Of a stretch of DNA of 64,000 bases, positions 1 to 8,676 are shown piece by piece. The notes beneath the pieces were generated by a model. That model ran no database searches. It saw nothing but the letters and a program-made list of their open reading frames with translations, and was not told where the DNA came from. The translations under genes were made by a program, and so were the position numbers. Origin of the DNA: Pseudobacteriovorax antillogorgiicola (GTDB taxonomy: Bacteria; Bdellovibrionota_B; Oligoflexia; Oligoflexales; CAIYRB01); the NCBI GenBank assembly GCA_945862295.1, contig CAMAXT010000001.1:23740-87739 (forward strand), in the 5' to 3' direction. Each line of letters opens with the position of its first letter. Positions within the stretch are counted from its first letter, which is position 1.

Positions 1-131
1 GGTCCCGGTGTTCCGTCTTCCGAACCAGGTTTAACTACAGGAAGATCGTCTTTATCATCAGCCGAGCAACCAGAAAGTAGCGCGAAGAGTAGTAGCAACG
101 ATTGAAGACAGATCGGCGTGAACTTCGTCAT
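1..131 (-). CDS. lipoprotein, 5' part only (gene continues beyond the left edge)
   Basis: ATG at 131..129 read leftwards gives MTKFTPICLQSLLLLFALLSGCSADDKDDLPVVKPGSEDGTPG. It has a hydrophobic h-region and the lipobox LLSGC. It is missing from the ORF track only because the window edge cuts it. Confidence 0.5.
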   Translation of the reverse strand, partial: MTKFTPICLQSLLLLFALLSGCSADDKDDLPVVKPGSEDGTPG

Positions 132-223
132 GAGGGTCTCGTACGTGTTGTGTTTGGCCCTATGATACTCATGGAAAGGCATGGGTGTCTATTTTTTTGA
201 AAATTCGGCAACATCTTTCAAAC

Positions 224-259
224 AAAAAAGCCTAGAACAGCTTTAACGCTATTCTAGGC
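224..259 (-). terminator. rho-independent terminator downstream of the sigma-54 activator gene
   Basis: Inverted repeat GCCTAGAA (230..237) / TTCTAGGC (252..259). On the minus strand the hairpin is followed by a T-run (plus-strand AAAAAA, 224..229), just after the stop at 275. Confidence 0.45.
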
Positions 260-274
260 CTTCTAAAATTAATC

Positions 275-1831
275 CTAACCGATATTACGCTTATCCAAAC
301 CGTACTTCTCTACTTTCATAATAAGTCCGGCGCGGCTGATTCCAAGCTCTTTTGCGAGTTTAGACTTGTTCCAGCGAGTGCGTTCAAGGCCGTCACGAAT
401 CATCTGCTTCTCAAGGTCTTCCAATGCATCTTTTAACTTTCCGGCTACGCGGTAACCTGGGAACTTGTTTTTTGCATTATCAGAAATGTGAGCCGACAAG
501 AGATCTGCATAAATTTCGGTATCAGAACCAGCTAAAACGCAGAGGCGTTCGATTTCATTTTCAAGCTCACGAACGTTACCTGGCCAATCATGGTTCATTA
601 AACGTTCAAGAGTTGGCTTATCGACGGCTTTTTTGTAGCCGGCTTCTTTTGCGAACTTGTTCAAAAAGTGTTCGGCAAGAATTGGAATGTCTTCTTTGCG
701 CTCTCTTAGTGGTGGAACGAGAAGATTGATGACGTTTAAGCGGTAAAATAGGTCTTCGCGGAAACCGCCTTCTTTAACCATTCTTTGTAGTTCACGGTTT
801 GTCGCTGCCAAAATCCGCACGTTTGCTTTTCTAATCTGGGTGCTACCGACCGGAGTGAAGGTACCTTCTTGCAATACGCGAAGCATTTTTACCTGCATCG
901 ACATTGAAGTTTCACCGATCTCATCGAGGAACAATGTTCCGCCGTCAGCTTCTTCGAATAGTCCTTTTTTATCTTTGATCGCACCGGTAAATGAGCCCTT
1001 AGCGTGACCGAAGAGTTCTGATTCCAGTAAGTTTTCGTTGAAGGCACCGCAGTTCACAACAACAAACTTCTTGTCTTTGCGTTTGGAGTTATAATGTAGT
1101 GCTTTCGCGATGAGTTCTTTACCAGTACCGTTTTCGCCGTTGATCAAAACAGTCGCGTCAGAATCACAAACACGGTCTAGGAGGCGGTAGAGGTCTTGCA
1201 TCGGAGCGGATTTACCGATCATGCGGTCAAATCCGTAACGGGTTCCAAGTTCTTTGCTTAGTTCGCCGACTTTGTCTTGCTCATCAGAAACGCGTTTTTG
1301 TGAAACGATGATCTCTTCAACTACCATCTCGATGAGTTCTGTAAGATAAGCGATATCTTTCTCAGAAAGAATCGGCAGTGCTTCGACATAGTTATTTAGT
1401 TCTTGCTCTCTACCAGCGAACTGACGCTCGAGGTAGTTTTTGATGCGAGTCTTTTGCTCTGCAGCACTGTCTGCAACGAGGAAGCCGTCACCGAAGACAC
1501 AACCTACATATTTGCCTTCAACTCTGATTGGTACTGTTACGGTTGAAAAACCCGCGTGACATCTAGAGATGCGTGCGTCTTTCGAACGAGTCGCTTCTAC
1601 CGTCGTTTGGCGCGCTGTACCGCGGCAAGCTTCGAAGCCTCTGTTGTCCTCAGTGACCGCTTTGCAAATCGGATTTAGCGGATTGAAGAATTTACCCTCA
1701 GGTACACCACGCAGAAGACCTTTGGTGTCTGTGAAGTTGATTTGGATCTGCCACCATTTCCCTACAAGCTCGCGCAAGCGGCGAACAACATGGAGTTTAT
1801 CAAACTCATCCCAACGTACCTTATCAGTCAT
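275..1831 (-). CDS. sigma-54-dependent transcriptional activator (bacterial enhancer-binding protein) with PocR-like N-terminal sensor
   Basis: 518-aa ORF. Central AAA+ module with Walker A GENGTGKE, Walker B FLDEIGE and a GSFTGA loop (variant of GAFTGA). C-terminal Fis-type HTH (KSKLAKELGISRAGLIMKV). N-terminal Cys/His-rich region (CKAV..CRG..RCHAGF..PI..GKYVGCVFGDGF) resembling PocR sensory domains. Confidence 0.9.
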   Translation of the reverse strand: MTDKVRWDEFDKLHVVRRLRELVGKWWQIQINFTDTKGLLRGVPEGKFFNPLNPICKAVTEDNRGFEACRGTARQTTVEATRSKDARISRCHAGFSTVTVPIRVEGKYVGCVFGDGFLVADSAAEQKTRIKNYLERQFAGREQELNNYVEALPILSEKDIAYLTELIEMVVEEIIVSQKRVSDEQDKVGELSKELGTRYGFDRMIGKSAPMQDLYRLLDRVCDSDATVLINGENGTGKELIAKALHYNSKRKDKKFVVVNCGAFNENLLESELFGHAKGSFTGAIKDKKGLFEEADGGTLFLDEIGETSMSMQVKMLRVLQEGTFTPVGSTQIRKANVRILAATNRELQRMVKEGGFREDLFYRLNVINLLVPPLRERKEDIPILAEHFLNKFAKEAGYKKAVDKPTLERLMNHDWPGNVRELENEIERLCVLAGSDTEIYADLLSAHISDNAKNKFPGYRVAGKLKDALEDLEKQMIRDGLERTRWNKSKLAKELGISRAGLIMKVEKYGLDKRNIG

Positions 1832-1928
1832 CGTTTTCTCCTAACCTGCAGATTTATGCCGGGTATTGAGCAATCAGTTCAATGCGCGCCACAGTTACCT
1901 GTCTAGATTGCGTACATTCTGACTAAAC

Positions 1929-1956
1929 CTATCGGCAGGAGTGCGTAAAATCTTTA
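1929..1956 (-). promoter_or_regulatory. sigma-28 (FliA)-like promoter candidate upstream of the sigma-54 activator
   Basis: The minus strand reads TAAAGATT-N12-GCCGATAG against the consensus TAAAGTTT-N11-GCCGATAA. The spacer is one nt longer than canonical. It lies about 95 nt upstream of the ATG at 1831. Confidence 0.3.
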
Positions 1957-1958
1957 CA

Positions 1959-1981
1959 CCCGAATACGTTTAATATTCGGG
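1959..1981 (-). terminator. hairpin downstream of the lolA-like gene (weak terminator candidate)
   Basis: 8-bp inverted repeat CCCGAATA / TATTCGGG with a 7-nt loop, 50 nt after the stop at 2032. The U-tract is poor. Confidence 0.3.
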
Positions 1982-2031
1982 GGATTAGGAGAAATGCGTA
2001 ATATATTTGATCAAATTGTAGATTTTTAAAC

Positions 2032-2670
2032 CTACTTCATGCTGGTGACTTTTACGCCGGCGGGGATGTCGAAGGCACTATCTGGCACATTGGTAAAAAC
2101 TGGGTTGGAGAAGTCGTGGGAAAGAATGAGTTTATCTACCATCGTCATTTTTAAATAAACGATATGCGAACTCTTTTCGGAAAAACCCAGATCGATTGAG
2201 GCGACATCACCAACCACCTTTGGTTTCAGTGTAACCTTGATATCATCTCCATTCTGTTCAGCTTTCTCTAAATCATAGCGTTTAAGTAAAGCCTCAAAAT
2301 TCATGACGAGATCCACGATCTGTCTCAATTGATAAGATTGAGTACCGGTAATACTGAACTTCACCGCAGATTTGTCATCGGGCGAATATGTATAGAAGTC
2401 TTTACCGTCGTATAGATTGTAGTCCCTGGTAGGGGTTTCTAGCTTCCAAACAAACCGGTCTGGTTTTTTAAGTACTGCTTTTCCATTGCGAGTAAGCGTC
2501 CGTTTTTTATTACCTGGTTTGATTTTCGTCTGCACGAAGTCAAGTGTCAGAGAATCAAAAACTTTCAGCTTCGCCTGCTTCGCGCGAAGTTGCTCAAGCG
2601 TTAACTCGGCAGCCTGCCCGGTAAAAGATAGAGAAAATACAATCACCGCCAACAGAACTCTTAACATCAA
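2032..2670 (-). CDS. lolA: outer-membrane lipoprotein carrier protein LolA-like
   Basis: 212 aa with signal peptide MMLRVLLAVIVFSLSFTGQA. The size and sequence pattern (F.Q.K......R...G......PD.F.W......) are typical of LolA. It overlaps the upstream cinA-like gene by 4 nt. Confidence 0.65.
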   Translation of the reverse strand: MMLRVLLAVIVFSLSFTGQAAELTLEQLRAKQAKLKVFDSLTLDFVQTKIKPGNKKRTLTRNGKAVLKKPDRFVWKLETPTRDYNLYDGKDFYTYSPDDKSAVKFSITGTQSYQLRQIVDLVMNFEALLKRYDLEKAEQNGDDIKVTLKPKVVGDVASIDLGFSEKSSHIVYLKMTMVDKLILSHDFSNPVFTNVPDSAFDIPAGVKVTSMK

Positions 2671-3152
2671 TCCTCCCGCTTCAGGGATTTGGTATACATA
2701 ATTAACTGTTTGATTGCTGCTTCAATGGTTGAGCGGCGAACCTGCCTGCGATCGCCAGTAAAGTTATTCTTAGTCACAACAGATCCATTCGACCCTGCAA
2801 TCGCAATGAAGACCAAACCAACCGGCTTTTCTTTTGTTCCACCGTCTGGTCCCGCAATCCCAGTAACACTCACTGCGACCGTCGAACCAAGGATAGCGCG
2901 GCTTTTTTCCGCCATTTCGGTCGCGCATTCGCTACTAACCGAGCCGAATTTACTCAATGTCGTTGGATCCACACCCAGTAGTTTTTCCTTTGCCATATTG
3001 GCATAGGCGACAAATCCACCTAAATAATAGTCTGAACTACCTGATACCGACGTAAGTGCGCTTCCAAGACCGCCGCCTGTACAACTCTCCGCCGATGCCA
3101 ACGTAAAGTTATAGTCACGAAATAGCTGTACTAAAGTCTCTAAATCACTCAC
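2667..3152 (-). CDS. CinA-family protein / nicotinamide-nucleotide amidohydrolase (PncC-type, C-terminal domain only)
   Basis: 161 aa. ASAESCTGGGLGSALTSVSGSSDYYLGGFVAYAN and VSVTGIAGPDGG match the CinA C-terminal (competence/damage-inducible) domain. Confidence 0.85.
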   Translation of the reverse strand: MSDLETLVQLFRDYNFTLASAESCTGGGLGSALTSVSGSSDYYLGGFVAYANMAKEKLLGVDPTTLSKFGSVSSECATEMAEKSRAILGSTVAVSVTGIAGPDGGTKEKPVGLVFIAIAGSNGSVVTKNNFTGDRRQVRRSTIEAAIKQLIMYTKSLKRED

Positions 3153-3300
3153 GCCTGAATTTGCCTCAAATAAACATACTTGCGTATCAACTTACCCTTT
3201 TCCAATGTAACGGCCAATCCAATTATCCTTTTTATTTTCATTTGATTAAGGCAACATAGGGCCTCACTAATCAATGAAAACGGATTTGCAGGAGCGGTAC

Positions 3301-4974
3301 ATGACTCACCCTTGGTATAAATTTTACCCAACAGGTGTTAACCCAAAAATCGACATCTCAACCTGGACCAGCATCGCCAGTGTTCTTGAGAAAGCTTGCG
3401 AAAAATACGCGGACAAAACTGCGCTCACCTGCTTAGGAGCAGATTTATCTTATCGTGACCTAAACAAATACGCCGACAATCTTGCGGCATATCTTCAAAA
3501 GAAGGTCGGTATTCAAAAGGGTGACCGCGTCGCAATCATGCTGCCAAACATCATGCAGTTTCCAATCACCTTCATCGCGTTACAAAAAATCGGCGCTGTT
3601 TGTGTAAATACAAATCCTCTCTATACGCCGAGAGAAATGAAGCATCAGTTTGTTGATAGTGGCGCTAAGGCGATCATTATCATTGATCTCTTCGCAAATA
3701 ACCTTGAAAAGATCTTAGCAGAAACTGGCATCAAAAACGTCATCATCACCTCGATCGGCGATCAACTTCCTGCATGGAAAGGATTTTTGATCAAGACTGT
3801 TATGAAACTTAAAGGCTTGATCCCTGCTCATGGTCTTACCGTGACTCCTTTTAAAGAAGCCTTGGCTGAAGGTGCAAATCTTACCTATGACCGTCCGAAG
3901 ATCGAACAAGACGACATTGCTGTTCTGCAGTACACCGGCGGTACAACTGGTCTCTCTAAAGGAGCGATGCTTCTTCAAAAAAATATTCTAGCAAACATGG
4001 CTCAGATTCAAAACTGCGCCCGTGCAATAGTTAATGACGGTGAAGAAACAGTTCTCACTGCTTTGCCGCTCTACCACATCTTCGCTCTTGCAGTTAACTT
4101 CCTCTCGTTCCTCGCCATGGGACAGCGCATGGTGCTAGTACCGAAGCCAGTACCGATCGAGAACACGGTTAAGATTTTCAAAAAATACAAAATCACTGTC
4201 ATGACCGGCGTCAACACACTTTTCAATTCGCTTGCTAATAATCCAGAATTTCAAGCCAACCCAGCTAAGTCACTTAAAATCGCTCTCGGCGGTGGTATGG
4301 CGGTCCAAGAAGCTGTCCAGAAAAAATGGCGTGCGCTTACTGGCAAGTCCATCCTCGAAGGCTTTGGTTTAACTGAAGCATCACCTGTTACTCATATCAA
4401 CCCTTCCGAGTCACTGATTCGTACAAACTCGATCGGTATTCCGGTTGCATCAACCGAATCAAAAGTCGTCGACGAACAGGGCAATGAAGTCGCGATCGGT
4501 GAAACAGGCGAGTTGTTAGTCAAAGGTCCTCAAGTGATGGCTGGCTACTGGCAAAAACCAGAAGAAACCGCTAAGGCGATCAAAAACGGCTGGCTCTGGA
4601 CCGGTGATATGGCCCGTATGGATAATGACGGGTACTTCTATATCGTCGACCGTAAAAAAGACATGATCCTTGTTTCTGGATTCAACGTTTACCCGAACGA
4701 AGTCGAAGAAGTCTTAGCTGGGCATCCTAAAGTACTCGAGGCTGCCGTCGTCGGCGTTAAAGACGAAGAGAACGGCGAGTCCGTAAAAGCATTCGTCGTC
4801 GCCAAAGACGCAAGTTTGACCATTGAAGAACTGAGGGCACATTGTAAAGAGCAACTCACTGGCTACAAGCGTCCTAAACACATCGAGTTTCGCAAAGAAC
4901 TCCCCAAGACTAACGTTGGCAAAATTTTACGTCGGGAGCTGAGAGACTCAACTGAGCAAAAAATAAAGACGTAG
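3301..4974 (+). CDS. fadD: long-chain fatty acid--CoA ligase
   Basis: AMP-binding signature LQYTGGTTGLSKGAML, then GWLWTGDMARMDNDGYFYIVDRKKDMI and a C-terminal PKTNVGKILRREL. I prefer the ATG at 3301 (AGGAG 8 nt upstream) over the ORF-track ATG at 3274, which has no SD. Confidence 0.9.
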   Translation: MTHPWYKFYPTGVNPKIDISTWTSIASVLEKACEKYADKTALTCLGADLSYRDLNKYADNLAAYLQKKVGIQKGDRVAIMLPNIMQFPITFIALQKIGAVCVNTNPLYTPREMKHQFVDSGAKAIIIIDLFANNLEKILAETGIKNVIITSIGDQLPAWKGFLIKTVMKLKGLIPAHGLTVTPFKEALAEGANLTYDRPKIEQDDIAVLQYTGGTTGLSKGAMLLQKNILANMAQIQNCARAIVNDGEETVLTALPLYHIFALAVNFLSFLAMGQRMVLVPKPVPIENTVKIFKKYKITVMTGVNTLFNSLANNPEFQANPAKSLKIALGGGMAVQEAVQKKWRALTGKSILEGFGLTEASPVTHINPSESLIRTNSIGIPVASTESKVVDEQGNEVAIGETGELLVKGPQVMAGYWQKPEETAKAIKNGWLWTGDMARMDNDGYFYIVDRKKDMILVSGFNVYPNEVEEVLAGHPKVLEAAVVGVKDEENGESVKAFVVAKDASLTIEELRAHCKEQLTGYKRPKHIEFRKELPKTNVGKILRRELRDSTEQKIKT

Positions 4975-4982
4975 CAGTAAAC

Positions 4983-6026
4983 ATGCTTGATTCCAAAACA
5001 TGCAACTCTTGTAAGCGTGAGTTTCATACCGAGAACGACTTCCTGAGCAATACGTCCCGTTGGCGAAAATGCTCAGTAGGTAACTTATGGTTCAATTGCA
5101 ATTGCGGATCAACTCTCATCCTTCCTAAAGGCAAATACGATTGGTATGCGCCAGAAAAAGCGATGGGCGGTGAAGCTCAGACGGTTTTTAATAAGCTCAG
5201 CATTCTAAAAGATCTTCCTCATATCCCGGCCCAGGTCCTTGAAATCCAGCGCCTGGTGACTGACACGACTTCGCATACAAAAGACATCGCTGCTGCCATC
5301 AAACAAGATCCGTTTGTCGCCGCGCAGCTCTTAACCATTGCACAGAACATTGCATCTAGTAGAAACCCTGATAATCCACCGATGCAGTCTATCGAACATG
5401 CCATTGTTTATCTGGGGCTTCACTCTGTTGGCGAACTCGTTTTAACCTCTGCTCTCCGTCAATTTACATTTCCAAAAAGCACGTTCGACTTTGAACGCTT
5501 CTGGCACGAATCGCATCTTTGCGGCGCCGTCGCCGAATATTTGAATGCAAAGTTTCAATTGTTTCTCAACGAAGACGAGCTTTATCTCGCAGCTTCGATG
5601 TGCAATTTAGGAAAGCTAGTAACAGCCATAAGCTTCCCGGCTTTGGCAACGAAAATCCAAAACGATGTAAAATCTCCCCACAATCCCGTCTCTTGGCGTG
5701 CGGCGGAGCTAAGCTATAACTTTCCGGATCACCGTATATTGGGCGAAATCAGTGCCTCAGTATGGGGATTTCCGTCCTATATCGTTGAAGCTGCAAGACG
5801 CCACCATAGCGAAATGACGACCACGAAAAAAATCGAGCTTTTTGAACTGGTGGCTGCAGCAAATCAGATAGTGCATTGGATATTATTATCCCCGAGTCGG
5901 ATGGAGCCGGGGCTACTGGAGAGCTTCTATAAAAAATCAGGAAAGACTGAAAAGGACATCGAAAATTGTATTCCGGTTTTAACGAAAATCAATTCTGATC
6001 TTCTAGAAAAATCTACTGGACATTAA
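4983..6026 (+). CDS. HDOD-domain signalling protein with N-terminal Cys-rich zinc-ribbon-like segment
   Basis: 347 aa. LPHIPAQVLEIQRLVTDTTSHTKDIAAAIKQDPFVAAQLLTIAQN is the typical HDOD core. The N-terminus has CNSC...CSVGNLWFNCNC. Confidence 0.8.
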   Translation: MLDSKTCNSCKREFHTENDFLSNTSRWRKCSVGNLWFNCNCGSTLILPKGKYDWYAPEKAMGGEAQTVFNKLSILKDLPHIPAQVLEIQRLVTDTTSHTKDIAAAIKQDPFVAAQLLTIAQNIASSRNPDNPPMQSIEHAIVYLGLHSVGELVLTSALRQFTFPKSTFDFERFWHESHLCGAVAEYLNAKFQLFLNEDELYLAASMCNLGKLVTAISFPALATKIQNDVKSPHNPVSWRAAELSYNFPDHRILGEISASVWGFPSYIVEAARRHHSEMTTTKKIELFELVAAANQIVHWILLSPSRMEPGLLESFYKKSGKTEKDIENCIPVLTKINSDLLEKSTGH

Positions 6027-6675
6027 TTTCTATCGTTTTTTCAACAGCACCACGCAGCAAGAGTACTTCAGCGAATACATCATTACGCAAAGAATTTAAA
6101 ACCTTTATTGCGCTACCAACATCAGACATCTTTTGTCCATTTATTTCGGTCACGATGTCGCCGTCCTTAAGACCTACTTGTTCGTAGATACTCGCCGGCT
6201 CGATATCGACAATCTTAAAACCTTCAAGCTTGCCGTTTCGATAGACAGGAACAGCTGCTGCTTGCATCAAAATCCTATTCAGTTCGTTTTTGACGAGATG
6301 ATCTTTATATTTTGCGGATAAAGTAACGCGGTCACCACTAACTTCGATCTCACCTTTTGATGGCATTGCTACAACACTGCCAGAGCTGGCCTCATGCTCC
6401 AGATCTTCACCTATTTTTACACGAATCATTTCGTTTTGTTTTTTGAAGTAAACGTACCGGTCATTGATCTTAAAAACCGTGATGCCTCTTTCAACTTCAG
6501 AACCGACTTTAACTGCGAACGCTTTATCATTTTGCCGCTTCTTTAAAAGCACGACACCCGTGGTGTGCATATCGGAGCCGATCGCGCCTAAGACTAGATA
6601 ACTGCTAGCTGACGCAACAGATGACGAGAAAAAGATTGAGATTACGAAGGATCTAAGTAAATACAACATCTGCAA
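6013..6675 (-). CDS. PDZ-domain protein, type II secretion GspC-like (orphan)
   Basis: 220 aa with an N-terminal signal/anchor. C-terminal PDZ (GFKIVDIEPASIYEQVGLKDGDIVTEINGQKM) preceded by an HR-like segment, the usual GspC/PulC layout. No other gsp genes are nearby. Its 3' end overlaps the convergent HDOD gene by 14 nt. Confidence 0.55.
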   Translation of the reverse strand: MQMLYLLRSFVISIFFSSSVASASSYLVLGAIGSDMHTTGVVLLKKRQNDKAFAVKVGSEVERGITVFKINDRYVYFKKQNEMIRVKIGEDLEHEASSGSVVAMPSKGEIEVSGDRVTLSAKYKDHLVKNELNRILMQAAAVPVYRNGKLEGFKIVDIEPASIYEQVGLKDGDIVTEINGQKMSDVGSAIKVLNSLRNDVFAEVLLLRGAVEKTIEINVQ

Positions 6676-6956
6676 CCGCCTTCAATTCAATGTCCACTAC
6701 AGGCGGTAGCTGCAAAACGCTGACCGCTTCTCGGCTCGGAAAAGAACCTAATATTGTTGGCTTTATTTAGGACTTTAAGCGGTTTTACCGTTAATTTGAG
6801 TAAATATTGTCAATTTTGTTTACAGCCTAAACGTGCTGTGAAGAACAGGAAATACGCGGGCTTCGAGCGCGATCGCTGGTTTTGGCCAATAAGCGGCCAA
6901 CTAAAAGTTCTGATAGAATAGAATAGAAGTTCAAAAAAAATCCCCTGGAAAAATCG

Positions 6957-7508
6957 ATGGCATCAAACAGATGGTTAGCATTCTGTCTGAGTACCATAGC
7001 TGCTTGTTTCATTGAAACAGTCGCTGTCGGTGTTTCCGTTGCGCCGTCGTTTAGCGGGGGTCTTATGCAGCAGCCAACTAGCAACTACTATTTGGCGTGT
7101 TACGGTCTCGCTATCGACGTACAAGATTCGACATTTATCGGGCGTGTTTCCTATACCGAACGACCTGAATTCAGTCGCAACGGCTTCTCCGAGAAAGATG
7201 GTCTTGGACTAATAATGGCGGGAATGTCTGCTGGTAAAATTCTAAAAGGGGAACTGAAAGTATTCTTTGGTGGCGGTGTCGCATCCGGTTATGTCGCTGA
7301 ACTCGATGAAAACCGCAAGAAGACTAGTCAAAGAACCTATCAATTGCCAGGACCTGCAGCTGCGGTTGAATACTCAGTCAGTCTTGGAAAAGTTTCCTTC
7401 GCTATAAATCATACGACGTTTATTGGCTACGGTGGCAGGGATCAAACAGCTGCCTTTGTTGCTTGGCCTTACAACCTTTATTTTCTTTCTACCGGGTATT
7501 CAATCTGA
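6957..7508 (+). CDS. hypothetical secreted / outer-membrane-like protein
   Basis: 183 aa. Hydrophobic N-terminus, then Gly/aromatic-rich alternating pattern (beta-barrel-like). No family recognised. Confidence 0.4.
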   Translation: MASNRWLAFCLSTIAACFIETVAVGVSVAPSFSGGLMQQPTSNYYLACYGLAIDVQDSTFIGRVSYTERPEFSRNGFSEKDGLGLIMAGMSAGKILKGELKVFFGGGVASGYVAELDENRKKTSQRTYQLPGPAAAVEYSVSLGKVSFAINHTTFIGYGGRDQTAAFVAWPYNLYFLSTGYSI

Positions 7509-7999
7509 ATCGACTTTTTTTCATCTTAGGTCCGTTACTAACTCTTTGTACTTTTTCCACCTACGGAATCAGTGCCGAGAAAACGGTCTATATTTCTGCG
7601 CAGTATGCTGCACTTGCGCCGAACGCTGGCGGCCAGACAGCGTACTCCCTTCGTTATGCGAAAGATGACTGGGAATTGGGCGGCTTTAGCAATCAATATC
7701 TACAAGCTGGCGGCTATCCATTAACTGGAGCATTTTACGAAAAGGTATTCAAACTATGTCAGAAGGATTGCTTCTGGCAATTCAATCTCCAGACTGGAAT
7801 CGGCCTTTCAAACGGTGGGCCTTTTACTCAGATCTCTTGGAGCTCGGTCATCCCGCTAATCCCGATCTGGCTGCCGTTCCAAGCCCCTAAATATGTTCCT
7901 GCACTGCGTTTAGACATGACAACACAAATGATTTTTATCCCGTACCGTGCGATTACTTGGAGCTATCCACTATGGGCAGGTATTTCTTATCCTTTTTAA
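7463..7999 (+). CDS. hypothetical outer-membrane beta-barrel-like protein
   Basis: 178 aa with signal-like LFFILGPLLTLCTFSTYGISA and alternating hydrophobic pattern. The C-terminus ...WAGISYPF ends in Phe, as OMPs often do. The start is uncertain (overlaps the previous ORF by 46 nt). Confidence 0.5.
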   Translation: MALQPLFSFYRVFNLNRLFFILGPLLTLCTFSTYGISAEKTVYISAQYAALAPNAGGQTAYSLRYAKDDWELGGFSNQYLQAGGYPLTGAFYEKVFKLCQKDCFWQFNLQTGIGLSNGGPFTQISWSSVIPLIPIWLPFQAPKYVPALRLDMTTQMIFIPYRAITWSYPLWAGISYPF

Positions 8000-8673
8000 A
8001 AGGGTATTTCTTAGTTTTCCTTTGCTTAAACGGTAGCGCCGGCTTTAGCTATCCGACTCCGGTAGATTTTGATGGTTCTATCTTGCGTTGGGATATCTCT
8101 ATGGATGATGATCCTGTCACTTACGAAATCAAGTCAACGAGCGACGCCGACATAAGCAGTTACGACACCATCATTGACGAATCTGCAGATCTTTGGAGCA
8201 GTTCGCCTAACAGCTATTTTCGTTATGCTCGCGCTACCGAGGACCAAATAGCTCGGGTCACTATCAACCTCGAACGTTCAATTGATGGCAGTGCTGTCTC
8301 TTCCGGCTACGCTCTGTTTGATGAATACAAGGATCAAAAACCGGAACATTGCTCGATCTTCGTCCTCATTGACGATAATCTTTCCTCTCTATCAATTGCA
8401 AAAACAATCTTGCACGAACTCGGTCACTGTCTTGGCCTAGGACATTCTTTGATTCCAGAGGCCATCATGAGTTATCAATTGGAAAAGAATTCTTTTAGCC
8501 TCGACATTGATGATCAGGCTGCTGTTTCTCGCCTCTATCCTGCTGATGGATCGACACCAAAGCTGCCGCCTGGCTGCTCTGTGGGAACAGACCGCCATCC
8601 GTTTAATCTCGGATTTCTAGCGCTTTGGTTGCCGTTATTTGTTGGTTTCAGATTTCTACGAGAAGACCCGTAG
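7972..8673 (+). CDS. secreted matrixin-type (M10 metzincin) zinc metalloprotease with a C-terminal Cys/TM/Arg tail
   Basis: HELGHCLGLGHS (HExxHxxGxxH) plus Met-turn AIMSY. Signal peptide MGRYFLSFLKGYFLVFLCLNGSAG. It ends with PPGCSVGTDRHPFNLGFLALWLPLFVGFRFLREDP. Confidence 0.8.
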   Translation: MGRYFLSFLKGYFLVFLCLNGSAGFSYPTPVDFDGSILRWDISMDDDPVTYEIKSTSDADISSYDTIIDESADLWSSSPNSYFRYARATEDQIARVTINLERSIDGSAVSSGYALFDEYKDQKPEHCSIFVLIDDNLSSLSIAKTILHELGHCLGLGHSLIPEAIMSYQLEKNSFSLDIDDQAAVSRLYPADGSTPKLPPGCSVGTDRHPFNLGFLALWLPLFVGFRFLREDP

Positions 8674-8676
8674 GAA

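Noticed and set aside
1847-1861. CGGCAT-AAAT-CTGCA (minus strand) just upstream of the activator gene
   Set aside because: The GG-to-GC spacing is one nt short of the sigma-54 requirement, and the site is only about 15 nt from the start codon.
5502-5524. TGGCAC strings suggestive of sigma-54 promoters inside genes (here, and near 13266 and 46063)
   Set aside because: The -12 TTGC element is missing or wrongly spaced, and the sites lie inside coding sequence.
6013-6026. 14-nt 3'-end overlap of the convergent HDOD and GspC-like genes
   Set aside because: The overlap is real but trivial. Both stops are unambiguous, and compact genomes show this often. No hairpin or regulatory signal is evident.
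6711-6726. CGGTCA-GCGTT-TTGCA (minus strand) upstream of the GspC-like gene, and TGGCCA-ATAAG-CGGC at 6883..6897 (plus strand) upstream of the barrel/matrixin trio
   Set aside because: Both have correct GG-N10-GC spacing, but each has one poor half-site (-24 in the first, -12 in the second). They are kept only as very weak sigma-54 candidates and are not reported as features.
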